A stretch of 58,439 nt of DNA from Bifidobacterium breve (GCA_945876305.1 CAMCOB010000001.1:1-58439); one strand, 5' to 3'. Counted from the first letter of the stretch, positions 19,634 to 30,066 are shown. A program made the numbers and translations. The notes: generated from the sequence alone by a model not told the origin.

Positions 19634-21163
19634 CTATCGCACGCCGCGTCGGGCGCTCAGCAGTCGTCGGCCCGCCGCGATCTCGGGCATCCCAAGCGCC
19701 TGTGCCGCCGCGAGGAACGCCGCGATGCAGGCGACCCCGGCCATTCCCACGCTCACCACCTGCGCGGGGAACGACGTCCCGAGCCAGCCGTCCAGCACGT
19801 ACCAGGTGGCACGCGCCAGAACCGCAGCCAACCCCGCGGCGATCAGCGCCTTGACGAAGCCGTCGGCCACATGGCGCAGGTTCATGCCCCCAGTCCGCTT
19901 GCTGAGGAAGTGCAGCAAGAGGGCGAAGGTGACGAACGAGGTGATGCTGGTGGCGAGTGGGATGCCGCCAATGCCGAAGGGCTTGAAGAAGATGGCATTG
20001 AGCACCACGTTGAGCAGCACCCCACCGCCGGCGATGAATGTGGGCAGCCACGGCTGCTGCATGCTGAAGAATGCGCGGATGAGCAGCAGGCTGGCGCCGT
20101 TGAACACCAGGCCGATCGTGAAGAAGAAGAGCGCCTCTGACGTGATCAGCGTGGAGTAATCGTTAAACGCACCGCGCTCGTACACCAGTCGCACCGCGGG
20201 CATGGACAACATCATGAGAAATGCCGTGGCAGGCAGAAGCAGGAAGAAGATCTGCCTGAGCCCTGAGTCGACCGACGTCCGCAGGCCCGGCATGTCGTGC
20301 TTGGCGGCCATACGGGAGATGGTGGGAAAGAGCACGGTGGAGATGGCAACGCTGAAGATTCCCTGCGGCAGGATGTACAGGCGGAATGCCGCGTCGATTG
20401 CGCGCACGGCCTGGTCGCTCACCAAAGTGGCGAAGACCGCGTCCACCAGGGCGTTGATATTGATGAGCCCGAGCCCCACCGTGACCGGCAGCATGAGGAT
20501 GAGCACACGGCGCACCATGTGGTTGCCAAACCCCATGCTGATGGGGAATGGCCCGAAGCCCCGCATGTACGGGAGCAGGTAGAGCAGTTGGGCCACGGTG
20601 CCCAGCAGGATGCCGATGGCATACACCCAGATGCGCTCGTCGGATGCCACAAACGGGCTGATGCCCACCAGGCACAGCAGAATCACCGCGTTCCACAGCA
20701 CGGGAACGAATGCGGTGGGCGTAAACCGCCCTTCGGCCTGCAGCACGGCGGCCACGATCCCCGTGAGCCCCAGCAGCGGCACGATGGGGAACATCACCTG
20801 CGACAGGCTGATGAGGTAATGCTGCAGCGACGAGTCGAGCCCGGGCGCGAGCAGCGGCATCACCCATGGCGCAGTGAGGATGGCCACCAGGGAGATGGCA
20901 CTGAGTCCCAGCACGATGACGCTGGACAGCGCGCCCACCAGGCGACGGGCATCCTGCTTGCGCCCCTGCTCCTGCAGTTGCGTGTAGATGGGCACGAACG
21001 CAGCCGAGATGGCCGAGTCGGCTACCAGACTGCGGAGCAGGTTGGGCACCTGGAACGCGATGACAAACGCGTTGATGGCGCCCTGAGTACCGAAGAGCGC
21101 AGCCGCCACAACCTCGCGGGCGAGCCCCGCGACGCGGCTGACGGCGGTCCAGAATGAGAACAT
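19634..21163 (-). CDS. murJ: lipid II flippase MurJ (MviN)
   Basis: Polytopic MOP-family protein: [33 protein letters not shown] chose the start at MFSFW (21163). The track start at 21304 would overlap the divergent rpsT start; GTG at 21226 is also possible. Confidence 0.85.
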   Translation of the reverse strand: MFSFWTAVSRVAGLAREVVAAALFGTQGAINAFVIAFQVPNLLRSLVADSAISAAFVPIYTQLQEQGRKQDARRLVGALSSVIVLGLSAISLVAILTAPWVMPLLAPGLDSSLQHYLISLSQVMFPIVPLLGLTGIVAAVLQAEGRFTPTAFVPVLWNAVILLCLVGISPFVASDERIWVYAIGILLGTVAQLLYLLPYMRGFGPFPISMGFGNHMVRRVLILMLPVTVGLGLININALVDAVFATLVSDQAVRAIDAAFRLYILPQGIFSVAISTVLFPTISRMAAKHDMPGLRTSVDSGLRQIFFLLLPATAFLMMLSMPAVRLVYERGAFNDYSTLITSEALFFFTIGLVFNGASLLLIRAFFSMQQPWLPTFIAGGGVLLNVVLNAIFFKPFGIGGIPLATSITSFVTFALLLHFLSKRTGGMNLRHVADGFVKALIAAGLAAVLARATWYVLDGWLGTSFPAQVVSVGMAGVACIAAFLAAAQALGMPEIAAGRRLLSARRGVR

Positions 21164-21297
21164 AGCCGTCGACCGGCCGAGGCCACCCTTGGGGCTCCCG
21201 TCGGTTCCTTCGGTCGTGTCCGTCACGCTCGTTCTGTCGCCCAGGTCATCCGTTGCTACGATACCCGGCCGACCTACAGGAATCGGGAGACCCACGC

Positions 21298-21558
21298 GTG
21301 GCAAACATTAAGCAGCAGAAGAAGCGCAACCGGAGATCGCTCAAGCAGCGGGACACCAACATCCGCTATCGCTCGACCGTTCGTTCGGGAATGAAGCGTC
21401 TTACGACTGCCGTCACGGAGGGCGAGAGCATCACTCCGGAGCAGGCTGCAGAGATGGTGAAGACCATCGATCGTGCGGCCGCCCGCGGTGCACTTCACAA
21501 GAACACCGCCGCTCGCCGCAAGGCGCGCGTCGCACGTCTGGTGACCAGAGCCGTCTAG
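21298..21558 (+). CDS. rpsT: 30S ribosomal protein S20
   Basis: ANIKQQKKRNRRSLKQRDTNIRYRS... begins at GTG 21298, preceded by GGGAG 8 nt upstream. Confidence 0.9.
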   Translation: MANIKQQKKRNRRSLKQRDTNIRYRSTVRSGMKRLTTAVTEGESITPEQAAEMVKTIDRAAARGALHKNTAARRKARVARLVTRAV

Positions 21559-21570
21559 AGATACAGGGTC

Positions 21571-21603
21571 GAGCCCCCGGTGCCGAGATGGCGCCGGGGG
21601 CTC
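21571..21603. terminator. perfect 10-bp GC hairpin between convergent rpsT and holA (bidirectional terminator candidate, no U-tract)
   Basis: gagcccccgg-(13 nt)-ccgggggctc, lying between the rpsT stop (21558) and the holA stop (21610). Confidence 0.4.
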
Positions 21604-21609
21604 CCCAGT

Positions 21610-22626
21610 TCATCCCCGGCAGGCACCCAGCAGGTCGCGTACGCCGAGTTCCAGCACCATCCGCGCGCCGTCGCCGGATGCCTCGCCGAGGTCCTTCAGC
21701 GACGACACCCGCAGATCCAGTTCGAGATCGGCGAGCCGGGCCACGCACCACTCACCAGCCCCGGGACCGAGTTGCCGGGCCTGTTCCACGGCCTTCTGCG
21801 CCGGATACCCCTTAAGGCCCGCGATGCGCTCCACGTCCGATTGCGTGGCACCCGGCCCCTGAGCAACAGCGATGCCCCTGAAGTGCCTCGCCAGCATGCG
21901 CTGAATGACGATGGGCTCGGTGGTCTCGCTTCCGCCCGCAAGGTCGGCAAGCATCGCGTACGCACCGCGGGCGTCGGCCTGCACGATCAGATCCCCAAGC
22001 AGATACGCCTTTGCCTGCGGATCAACCACCACAAGCGCGTCGACGTCGTCCTGGCTCACGGCGGCGTCGCCAGCGGCCATCGCCAACTTGGTGGCTTCGT
22101 TGGCGAGATGGCCTGCGTCCTCACCCGCACGCCCCGCGCGCGTCACGACCTCGGCGGCCAGCGTCTTAGTGATGCTGCTGCCGTACTTCTTCACCTCGGC
22201 CTGGACATACGCGGTGAACCACGCGATGCGCTCTTTGCCTGACGCCTTCGCCGGCGGGCCGAACGCCAGCAGCTGGCCCGAGGCCTCCACCGCCTTCAGC
22301 ATCCTCGGTGTGGGTGCACCGTCAGATACAAACGCCAGGCACGTCGAGGGCAAGGGGTCATCGAGGTAGTCGATGAGCGGCTCCACGTCGGCCGCCTTCC
22401 ACTGGTCCGCGCGACGCACCAGCACAAGACGTGTGCCGCCAAAAGACATGGCCTCACATGCCGCGCGCACCTCGAGGGCCGGCACCTCACCGGCCTCAAA
22501 GCGCTCGGCCGGCATGCCGCCTTCGGCCTCCACGCGCGCCACCAGCCGGCGCAGGGCACGGTCAACCTTGGCCCGGTCCTCGCCGTAAATCCAATAGACG
22601 GGCTTGAGTGGTTCGGGCTGAGACAC
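21610..22626 (-). CDS. holA: DNA polymerase III delta subunit
   Basis: 338 aa with a YWIYGED N-terminus typical of HolA, and the conserved position after comEC. Confidence 0.7.
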   Translation of the reverse strand: MSQPEPLKPVYWIYGEDRAKVDRALRRLVARVEAEGGMPAERFEAGEVPALEVRAACEAMSFGGTRLVLVRRADQWKAADVEPLIDYLDDPLPSTCLAFVSDGAPTPRMLKAVEASGQLLAFGPPAKASGKERIAWFTAYVQAEVKKYGSSITKTLAAEVVTRAGRAGEDAGHLANEATKLAMAAGDAAVSQDDVDALVVVDPQAKAYLLGDLIVQADARGAYAMLADLAGGSETTEPIVIQRMLARHFRGIAVAQGPGATQSDVERIAGLKGYPAQKAVEQARQLGPGAGEWCVARLADLELDLRVSSLKDLGEASGDGARMVLELGVRDLLGACRG

Positions 22627-22635
22627 GTCCGCAGG

Positions 22636-24996
22636 TTACCCACGGCGCACGACGATTCCGCCCTGCCCCGCTCGAATATCCACATCCCCGCCCGAATCCG
22701 TGCGAAGCACCCCGGCGCCGGCATCCGCCAGCGCCGTCAGCACCTGCGCCCGCGGGTGGCCGTAGTTGTTGCCAGCCCCGCTTGAGACCACCGCCACCAC
22801 CGGTCGGAGGCGCGCAAGTACCGGGGGTATGGCCGGATCCTCCGACCCGTGATGCGACACCACCAGCACCGGCGTGGGCGGGAGCGAGAGGTCGCGCAGC
22901 ACATTGCCCTCGGCATCTCCGGGCAGCAGCGCCGACAGGCCGGGTGCACGGGCAAGTACCACGAGGCTACGGTCATTCGCCTCCGCGCTTCGGGCATCGT
23001 CCCGTCCCGGTCCGACAACGCGCGCGCTCCACGGTCCGATTGAGATCTCGCTCCCCGCCGAGACCCACGTCACTGGTACCCCACGCGCCATCGCATGCGC
23101 GGCCACCTCCCGTACCAGAGGAGCGTCGTGATCCGGGTCGGGCAGCAGTACCCGGCCAACGGGCATGGCATCGATCACCGCAACGGCCCCTCCCGCGTGG
23201 TCCAGCGCGCCATGGCTGATGATGATGACCCCCACCGAGTCCATGCCGGCCCGGGCCAATGCATCGATGACCGGCGGGGGCTCGCCCGGCGGGCCGCAGT
23301 CCACCAGCACGTCGGCCCGTGCACCGTCGCGGAGCACCGCCGCCGATCCCTGCCCGATGTCAAGCACGCGCAGCGCGGGCCCCCCGGGCAGTGCGCCGGA
23401 GCCGGTCCACCCCGGTAGCCCGGCGGTGGCAATCACGACGACTCCCGTCAGGCCGATAAGACCCACGCGCATCCAATGGCCGCGCCCCGGCATTCCCCAC
23501 CCCGGTCCCACCGCCGTCTGGGGTACCCGCCGAAGCCATGCCCACACCAACACGGGCGACGCAGCCACCAGCGCGAGGGGGACCACCCCCCAGCCCGGCA
23601 CCGCCACCACCGCTCCCGGAATGGCCGCCGTGACGCGCGCCACCCCCATCACGATGCCGGCCCCCATGGCTGCGATCCACGCCAGCCCCACCCCAGCAGG
23701 CCCCCATACCGAATGGGCCACGGTTCCGAGCAGCGCAACAACCACCACCGGCCCTGCCACCGGGACCGCCACGAGGTTGGCCACCAACCCGACTGTCGAG
23801 ATTTGGCCAAACCCCGATGCAAGCACCGGCGCGGTGGCGAGTCCGGCTGCGCCCGACTGCGCAAGCAGGTCGGCAATACGCCCTGGCATGAATCCGCGCA
23901 GCCACACAGCCAGCGGGGGCCCAATGGTAAACAGCCCCGCAACGGCGGCAAACGACAACTGAAGCCCAGGATCCTCGGCCGACAGGGGATCCAATGCCAG
24001 CAACACAACCAGCACGAGCATCAGCGCATACCACCGGGCGCGTGGCCTTCCGCCCAGATCGGCCATCAGCGCCACGGCCCCCATCAGCCCCGCCCGCGCC
24101 ACCGATGCGCCCCCGTCACAGGCCAGACAGTAGGCAGCCATTGCGGCGCCCGATGCGAGCAGCCGCGATCGCCGGGATACCCCCGCAGCGCCCAGCAGAG
24201 CCCCCATGCCGATTCCCACCACCGCCACGTTCTGTCCACTTACTGCGAGCAGATGCCACAGCCCCGCATCGCGCATGCGTTCCGCGGTGTCATCGGTGAG
24301 CCCTGCCCCTCCTCCCAGGGCCATCCCCCGCACAATGGCCCCCAGGTCGCCGGAGAGTCCTTGCGCCACGTTGTCGCCTGCCCATCGCCGAAGGGCATCA
24401 CGCGCGCCCATCGGCCCTCCCCTCACCCCGACCTGAGTCCAACTGTGTGCACGCAGACGGCCCGCAATGTGCTGGCGCCGCAAATAGGCCCGCCACCACG
24501 CGGGGGCACTGGCTTCTGCGGCCGGCGCCACAGCCCCGCTCAATTTGATGACGAACCCCACTTGCGGCACGGGTGCGGAACTCGGCAGATCCAGCAGTAA
24601 TCGCGTGCCCGGAGCGACGGCCACCGATCCCGAAAGGCGGTTGACCAGCACCTGAGCGCGAGCGCCGTAGGTGGTGACAGCGGGCGGGGTATCAACCACC
24701 ACCGTGCCGCTCGCCCCGCCCGACTGGTGCATCGGCGCCACGTCGATCACCTGAACCCGGGCTGCTCCCCATGCGCTCCCGGCCATCAGGCACGCGGCCA
24801 GCAGCAGCGCGGTGGCTGCACCTGAATGCCGCTCACGCACCGCGATGGCCGCAGAGCATCCGCACCCGGCCGCCCCCATGGCCGCCCACGCCGCAGGCAC
24901 GCCGTGAGGGCCCACCAGCAACCCCGCGGCAAGTGCGCACAGCATCACCAGCGGTGCATTCCGGACCAGCGCCGGCACACCGCCGGCGCCGGTCAC
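22636..24996 (-). CDS. comEC: DNA internalization competence protein ComEC/Rec2
   Basis: Polytopic competence domain plus a C-terminal metallo-beta-lactamase domain (ISHGALDHAGG, VVSHHGS). The GTG at 24996 overlaps the comEA stop (GTGA). Confidence 0.85.
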   Translation of the reverse strand: MTGAGGVPALVRNAPLVMLCALAAGLLVGPHGVPAAWAAMGAAGCGCSAAIAVRERHSGAATALLLAACLMAGSAWGAARVQVIDVAPMHQSGGASGTVVVDTPPAVTTYGARAQVLVNRLSGSVAVAPGTRLLLDLPSSAPVPQVGFVIKLSGAVAPAAEASAPAWWRAYLRRQHIAGRLRAHSWTQVGVRGGPMGARDALRRWAGDNVAQGLSGDLGAIVRGMALGGGAGLTDDTAERMRDAGLWHLLAVSGQNVAVVGIGMGALLGAAGVSRRSRLLASGAAMAAYCLACDGGASVARAGLMGAVALMADLGGRPRARWYALMLVLVVLLALDPLSAEDPGLQLSFAAVAGLFTIGPPLAVWLRGFMPGRIADLLAQSGAAGLATAPVLASGFGQISTVGLVANLVAVPVAGPVVVVALLGTVAHSVWGPAGVGLAWIAAMGAGIVMGVARVTAAIPGAVVAVPGWGVVPLALVAASPVLVWAWLRRVPQTAVGPGWGMPGRGHWMRVGLIGLTGVVVIATAGLPGWTGSGALPGGPALRVLDIGQGSAAVLRDGARADVLVDCGPPGEPPPVIDALARAGMDSVGVIIISHGALDHAGGAVAVIDAMPVGRVLLPDPDHDAPLVREVAAHAMARGVPVTWVSAGSEISIGPWSARVVGPGRDDARSAEANDRSLVVLARAPGLSALLPGDAEGNVLRDLSLPPTPVLVVSHHGSEDPAIPPVLARLRPVVAVVSSGAGNNYGHPRAQVLTALADAGAGVLRTDSGGDVDIRAGQGGIVVRRG

Positions 24997-25583
24997 GGGG
25001 TCAGATGCGGCCGAAGGGCCTCGAGGCGTGCCGGGCCGATTCCCGGGACGTCGTCCACCTGGTCCACCGACGAGAACCCGCCGTGCGCCTGCCGCCATTC
25101 CACAATGCGGGCGGCCAGCGCCGGTCCCACGCCATCGAGGGCTTCGAGGTCAGCCGCAGTTGCCGACGACAGGCTGATGGGGCCGCGCCGCGCGCCCGAT
25201 GCAGATGCAGTCCCGCCAGCCGCTGCGCTCACGCGGGCCGGCACGAGAATCTGCTGCCCGTCCGCCACCGGTGCCGCGAGGTTGAGCCCCTGCAGGTTCG
25301 CCCGGCCGGTTGGGCCACCCGCCAGACGAATGGCCTGGATCACCCTCGAGTTGCCCCCGATTCGGTACACGCCCGGATTCCGCACCTCGCCAGCCACATG
25401 CACGACGGGCATTGAGGTGGTCACCGGTCGACGCACCACGCTCGCAGTGGATGTACCAGTGCCGCCGCCGGTTGACTCATCGTGCCCCTCTGCGGCCCAC
25501 CGGAATGCCACCACCGCCAGCACCACGGCGACGAGGGCATACATCCATCCGCTCCGGCGAAGCCATGGCAGCAATCGGTCCAT
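24993..25583 (-). CDS. comEA: ComEA family DNA-binding protein
   Basis: TM anchor, SLBB-like region (VHVAGEVRNPGVYRI) and a C-terminal tandem helix-hairpin-helix (LDGVGPALAARIV...VPGIGPARLEAL). Confidence 0.85.
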   Translation of the reverse strand: MDRLLPWLRRSGWMYALVAVVLAVVAFRWAAEGHDESTGGGTGTSTASVVRRPVTTSMPVVHVAGEVRNPGVYRIGGNSRVIQAIRLAGGPTGRANLQGLNLAAPVADGQQILVPARVSAAAGGTASASGARRGPISLSSATAADLEALDGVGPALAARIVEWRQAHGGFSSVDQVDDVPGIGPARLEALRPHLTP

Positions 25584-25650
25584 GGCCCCACGCTATGAAC
25601 CCGGGGCACGCACGTGGGTGACACCCCGTGCCAACACCCGCGCGGGTTGG

Positions 25651-28191
25651 TTACTTCCCGCCCACCACCAGGTTCACGAGCTTTCCGGGCACCACGATCT
25701 TCCGCATAATCGCTGCCCCGCCGAGCGCCGCCTCCACCTTGGGCAGCGCAAGCGCCATCTCAAGCAGGGCGTCATCGTCTATGCCGGGGGCCACTTCGAT
25801 ACGGTCGCGCAACTTGCCGTTGACCTGCACCACGATGGTCACCGAGTCGGCAACGAGGAACGCCGGATCGGCCACGGGCCAGGGCTCCTCCCACAACCGC
25901 TCGCCGCCACCCATGCGCTCCCACAACTCGCTTGCGATGTGCGGGGCAAAGGGAAAGAGCAGCGACACCGTGGTGCGTGCCGCATGGTGCAGGGCCCGGT
26001 GCCCCGCCGGCGTGTCGAGCGTGCCATCACCGGCGTCGCGCGTGGCGTGGTTCACCAGTTCCTGAATGGCGCTGATGGCCGTGTGGAATGAGAAGCGCTC
26101 GCCGATGTCGTCGCTCACCTTGTCGACGGTGGCTTCGGCCTTTCGCACCAGCGCCAGCGCAGCATCGTCACCCGCAAGTTCGTCCGGAGTGGGACGCTCG
26201 CCCGCCCCGTCATCTGGAAGCGCCATCACGAGGCGCCACACGCGGTCGAGGAACCTTCGCTGCCCCTCAACGCCCGAATCGCTCCACTCGGCATCATCGG
26301 CCGCCGGGCCCATGAACAGGATGTACAGGCGCAGTGTGTCGGCACCAAACCGATTGATGATGTCGTCGGGGGGCACCACGTTGCCGCGGCTCTTGCTCAT
26401 CTTGGCGCCCTGGTGGTGGATCATTCCCTGCGTAAACAGGCGCGCGAATGGTTCGCGGGTGCCCACCAGCCCCAGGTCGTAAAGCACCTTGGTGAAGAAG
26501 CGCGCGTAGAGCAGGTGCAGAATCGCGTGCTCCACCCCGCCGATGTACTGGTCAACGGGCAGCCAGTAGTCGGTGATCTCACGCGAGAATGGTGCATCGC
26601 TCAGATGTGGGGCGGTGTAGCGCAGGAAGTACCACGACGAATCCACGAACGTATCCATGGTGTCGGTCTCGCGCGTCGCGGCGCCACCGCAGGCCGGGCA
26701 CGTGGTGTGCAGCCACTCGGTGGCCGAGGCCAGCGGGCTCTGCCCCTTGGGCGCGTAGTCGTCAATGTGCGGCAGGAGCACCGGCAGCTGGTCGTCAGGT
26801 ACGGGCACCACGCCGCACTCGGGGCAGTTGACCACTGGAATGGGCGCACCCCAGTAGCGCTGACGCGAGATGAGCCAGTCGCGCAGCCTGAATCCCACGG
26901 TGGCGTCGCCAAGATCGCGCTCGGCAAGCCACGCGCACATGGTCGCCTTGGCCTCCTCCACTGCCATCCCATCGAGCACATCGCTGTTTACGAGGCGCCC
27001 GGGATCGGTCATGGCCTCCGGCAGCGGCGCGTCCGCCTCCACGCCCTCCTCGGCGATCACACGCCTGATGGGGAGTCCGAATGTGCTGGCGAACTGAAAA
27101 TCGCGGGCGTCGTGCCCCGGCACGGCCATGATGGCCCCGGTGCCGTAATCCATCAGCACGTAGTCGGCCACCCACACCGGGATGGGTTCCCCGTTGACCG
27201 GGTTGATCACATGCCGGCCCGTAAACACGCCGGTCTTGGTGCGCTCGGCGGAGCTGCGCTCGGCCAGCGGGGTGCGGGCAGCGGTGCCCACATAGGCGGT
27301 GACCTCGGCCTGCTCGGGCCGCCCCTCAATCAAGCGGGGCACCATCGGGTGCTCGGGCGCAACGAGGAAGAACGTGGCCCCATGCAGCGTGTCGGGCCGC
27401 GTGGTGAACACCGGGATGGTTGCCGAACCGTCGTCGAGCCCGAATTCCACCCGGGCACCCACCGATCGCCCGATCCAGTTGCGCTGCATGGTGAGCACGC
27501 GCTCGGGCCAGTCGACCAGCAGATCCATGTCATCAAGCAGTGCCTGCGCGTAGTCGGTGATGCGCAGAAACCACTGCGGCAGTTGGCGCAGCTCCACCGG
27601 TGCCTTGCATCGCTCGCACAGACCATCGACCACCTGCTCATTTGCAAGCACCGTCTGGTCCTCGGGGCACCAGTTGACCGCCGCCTCGCGCCGCTCGACC
27701 AGCCCCTTCTCAAGGAACCGCAGAAAGATCCACTGGGTCCAGTGGTAGTAGCCCGGGTCCGCCGTGGAGATCTCCACGTCCCAGTCGATTGAGAATCCGA
27801 GGCGCTTCAGCTGGGTGCGGATGGCGGCGATATTCCGGGCGGTGACCTCCGCCGGGGGCTCGCCCGTGCGGATTGCGGCGTTCTCGGCGGGCAGGCCGAA
27901 GGCGTCGTAGCCCATCGGGTGGAACACCACGTGACCAGTGCGGCGCCGGTGGTGCGCGACCACATCGCCCATCGTGTAGTTCTTGACGTGCCCCATGTGG
28001 ATCTCGCCCGATGGGTAGGGGAGCATCTCCAGCACGTACGCCTTGGGCCTCTCCGGGATGACTACGACCTCGCCGTCGCGGGCCACCGGCTCGGCATGGA
28101 AGGCCTTCTCGGCGTCCCAAATGCCCTGCCATCGGGCCTCGGCGGCCGCCGGGTCGTACCGTTCCGGGAGTTCGCTCGGTGGTGTCGTCAT
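25651..28191 (-). CDS. leuS: leucyl-tRNA synthetase
   Basis: PYPSGEIHMGH (HIGH) and KMSKSRGN (KMSKS). I chose the internal ATG at 28191 (MTTPPSELPERYDP). Confidence 0.95.
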   Translation of the reverse strand: MTTPPSELPERYDPAAAEARWQGIWDAEKAFHAEPVARDGEVVVIPERPKAYVLEMLPYPSGEIHMGHVKNYTMGDVVAHHRRRTGHVVFHPMGYDAFGLPAENAAIRTGEPPAEVTARNIAAIRTQLKRLGFSIDWDVEISTADPGYYHWTQWIFLRFLEKGLVERREAAVNWCPEDQTVLANEQVVDGLCERCKAPVELRQLPQWFLRITDYAQALLDDMDLLVDWPERVLTMQRNWIGRSVGARVEFGLDDGSATIPVFTTRPDTLHGATFFLVAPEHPMVPRLIEGRPEQAEVTAYVGTAARTPLAERSSAERTKTGVFTGRHVINPVNGEPIPVWVADYVLMDYGTGAIMAVPGHDARDFQFASTFGLPIRRVIAEEGVEADAPLPEAMTDPGRLVNSDVLDGMAVEEAKATMCAWLAERDLGDATVGFRLRDWLISRQRYWGAPIPVVNCPECGVVPVPDDQLPVLLPHIDDYAPKGQSPLASATEWLHTTCPACGGAATRETDTMDTFVDSSWYFLRYTAPHLSDAPFSREITDYWLPVDQYIGGVEHAILHLLYARFFTKVLYDLGLVGTREPFARLFTQGMIHHQGAKMSKSRGNVVPPDDIINRFGADTLRLYILFMGPAADDAEWSDSGVEGQRRFLDRVWRLVMALPDDGAGERPTPDELAGDDAALALVRKAEATVDKVSDDIGERFSFHTAISAIQELVNHATRDAGDGTLDTPAGHRALHHAARTTVSLLFPFAPHIASELWERMGGGERLWEEPWPVADPAFLVADSVTIVVQVNGKLRDRIEVAPGIDDDALLEMALALPKVEAALGGAAIMRKIVVPGKLVNLVVGGK

Positions 28192-28229
28192 CGGCGGGTG
28201 ACGGTACCAACTCCTGGAGGAATCCACCG

Positions 28230-28661
28230 GTGACCACGATTGGCGCGCCCACGCAGATACGGCAGGTTGAGGTCGCTGACGACTTCCCCGGCATTCTGGC
28301 CGTGTATGCCGCAAATAATTGGAGTCATGCACGCACCCCGGAGCGCCTGCGCACTGCAGTGGAGCGGGCAGACCTCGCACTGGTGGCCGTGCAGGACGAC
28401 GGCATCGTGGGCTTCGTCCGCACCATGAGCGATGGCGCATTCGCCGTGTACATCGCCGACATTCTTGTGCTGCCCGACAGTCAGGGGCAGGGAATCGGTC
28501 GAGAACTGCTGCGCACGGTGCTCGATCATTACCCCCTCGAAACCTTCCACCACCAGGTGCTCATCGCTGAGCGTGATGCCGACGGTTTCTACCGCCGAAT
28601 GGGAATGTCAGCGATCGGGGCCTTCGGTTTGACCGCATTCATCCGCACGCAGAAGAAGTGA
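28230..28661 (+). CDS. GNAT family N-acetyltransferase
   Basis: Acetyl-CoA motif LPDSQGQGIGRELL. The GTG at 28230 avoids overlap with the divergent leuS; the track start is 28179. Confidence 0.7.
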   Translation: MTTIGAPTQIRQVEVADDFPGILAVYAANNWSHARTPERLRTAVERADLALVAVQDDGIVGFVRTMSDGAFAVYIADILVLPDSQGQGIGRELLRTVLDHYPLETFHHQVLIAERDADGFYRRMGMSAIGAFGLTAFIRTQKK

Positions 28662-28702
28662 ACAATGTTCTTTGAGCGGGGAGAACTGTCCGCATTTGCA
28701 CC

Positions 28703-28769
28703 AATCGGGTAACGCTGCAACGAAGAATTGGGCCTTCCGGCGGGGGGAGGACTAGCGTTCTACCCGATT
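28703..28769 (+). promoter_or_regulatory. long-range imperfect inverted repeat in the csp upstream leader
   Basis: aatcgggtaacgc (28703-28715) pairs with gcgttCTacccgatt (28755-28769), giving 13 bp with a 2-nt bulge. It lies 95 nt upstream of the csp GTG in a lower-GC leader. Confidence 0.3.
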
Positions 28770-28863
28770 ACCCATTCTGGTGATCTCAGCAATGCGTGGA
28801 AAAGCAGCCGTCGGTACAAAGCTCGGCGTGCAGTGGCATTCCTCGCCGAACAAGGTGGATAGC

Positions 28864-29067
28864 GTGCCGGAAGGCGTCGTGAAGTGGTTCAACGCCGAGA
28901 AGGGCTTCGGCTTCATCACCCCCGATGACGGGGGTAAGGATCTGTTTGTGCACTTCTCCGAGATCCAGGGTTCGGGTTACCGTTCCCTCGACGAGGGCCA
29001 GCGAGTGAATTTCGTCGCTGGTGAGGGCCCCAAGGGTCCGCAGGCACAGCAGGTCACGGCCGTCTGA
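28864..29067 (+). CDS. cspA: cold-shock protein (CspA family)
   Basis: [15 protein letters not shown] (RNP1) and DLFVHFSEI (RNP2). 67 aa from GTG 28864, with AAGGTGGA 4 nt upstream. Confidence 0.9.
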   Translation: MPEGVVKWFNAEKGFGFITPDDGGKDLFVHFSEIQGSGYRSLDEGQRVNFVAGEGPKGPQAQQVTAV

Positions 29068-29103
29068 GCCGCGGGTGCCGTGAGGCACCCCCATTGATGT
29101 GCC

Positions 29104-29138
29104 GACGGGCTCCTCTTCGAGGAGCCCGTCCTCGTTTT
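29104..29138 (+). terminator. rho-independent terminator of csp
   Basis: Perfect 12-bp stem gacgggctcctc-ttc-gaggagcccgtc followed by ctcgttttc. It is preceded by a second hairpin, gggtgcc-gtga-ggcaccc (29073-29090). Confidence 0.7.
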
Positions 29139-29154
29139 CGGGCATATTCCACCC

Positions 29155-30066
29155 ATGCCGCGCGCTCCGGACACCACATACCGCGCACGCCGTACGGCGG
29201 AGATGCGTTCCCATTTGCGGAAGACGATCATCTGGACTGTGGTGGCGATCGTCCTGTTCGGCACCGGTTTCGCGATTGTCGCCGCCGGAAGGGGCGTCGT
29301 CGTCGTACTCGGGGGAACGGCTGCGTTTGTGCTCATCATCATCGCGTGCGCCGCCTATCTCGCGTGGCAGGCTGCGGGTACGCGGGCGTCAAGCACGATG
29401 ATCAGCGACTGGGCTGCCGCCAACGGCTGGGCCTACTGGGGCCGCGACACGCCTGATGGCCCAGCGCCCGAGCCCTTCGAGTCGCGGTTCGACGACTACA
29501 TGCTGGCGCATGAAACATTTCCTGAGGCCACTCCCCTCCTTCGCAAGGGCACTCGCCGCTACGTCATCGACGTGCTCGCCGGCACCGTGGATGGCGTTGC
29601 CGTGCGCATCGCCAACCACTGCTACGAGACCACGACGTACAACTCCCACGGCACCCCCCATACGTCGTACACCCACCATGTGGTTGCCCTGATGGCGCAG
29701 CGGCCCAAGGTCACCCCGCTGCGTCTTGTCCGCAGATCACGCCTCGGGAAGGCTCTTAAGGGGGCAGATGACCATGTGGCCGGGAGAGGACGCATGAAGG
29801 CGATCGATCTGGAGAACCAGTCGTTCAACCAGGCCTTCTCTGTTCGCGTCGCCGACGACGCCGACATGGTGCTGGTGTACGAGATGTTCGATCCAGTGCT
29901 GCAGGAGCATCTGGGCGACGGCACGGTGGTGCCCGGGATCGACATGGTTGAGGTCGAGGGTGCATGGCTGATGGTCGCCGACGGAGGACCGGTCACGGGG
30001 GGCAATCTCGAACGAATCGAAGTCATGGTGGCCGCCGCCCGATGGGCCATCACCACATTCCGCTGA
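29155..30066 (+). CDS. membrane protein, DUF3137-like (tentative)
   Basis: Two N-terminal TM helices. The C-terminal IDLENQSFNQAFSVRVADDADMVLVYEMFDPVLQEHL resembles my recollection of the DUF3137 core. The start may instead be ATG at 29203. Confidence 0.55.
   Translation: MPRAPDTTYRARRTAEMRSHLRKTIIWTVVAIVLFGTGFAIVAAGRGVVVVLGGTAAFVLIIIACAAYLAWQAAGTRASSTMISDWAAANGWAYWGRDTPDGPAPEPFESRFDDYMLAHETFPEATPLLRKGTRRYVIDVLAGTVDGVAVRIANHCYETTTYNSHGTPHTSYTHHVVALMAQRPKVTPLRLVRRSRLGKALKGADDHVAGRGRMKAIDLENQSFNQAFSVRVADDADMVLVYEMFDPVLQEHLGDGTVVPGIDMVEVEGAWLMVADGGPVTGGNLERIEVMVAAARWAITTFR

Noticed and set aside
28741-28747. Homopolymer runs (G7 at 28741-28747, G7 near 172-178, C7 near 37407-37413) as possible phase-variation switches.
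   Set aside because: All are short and lie outside coding sequence or inside spurious ORFs. Runs of 7 G or C are unremarkable at this GC content.
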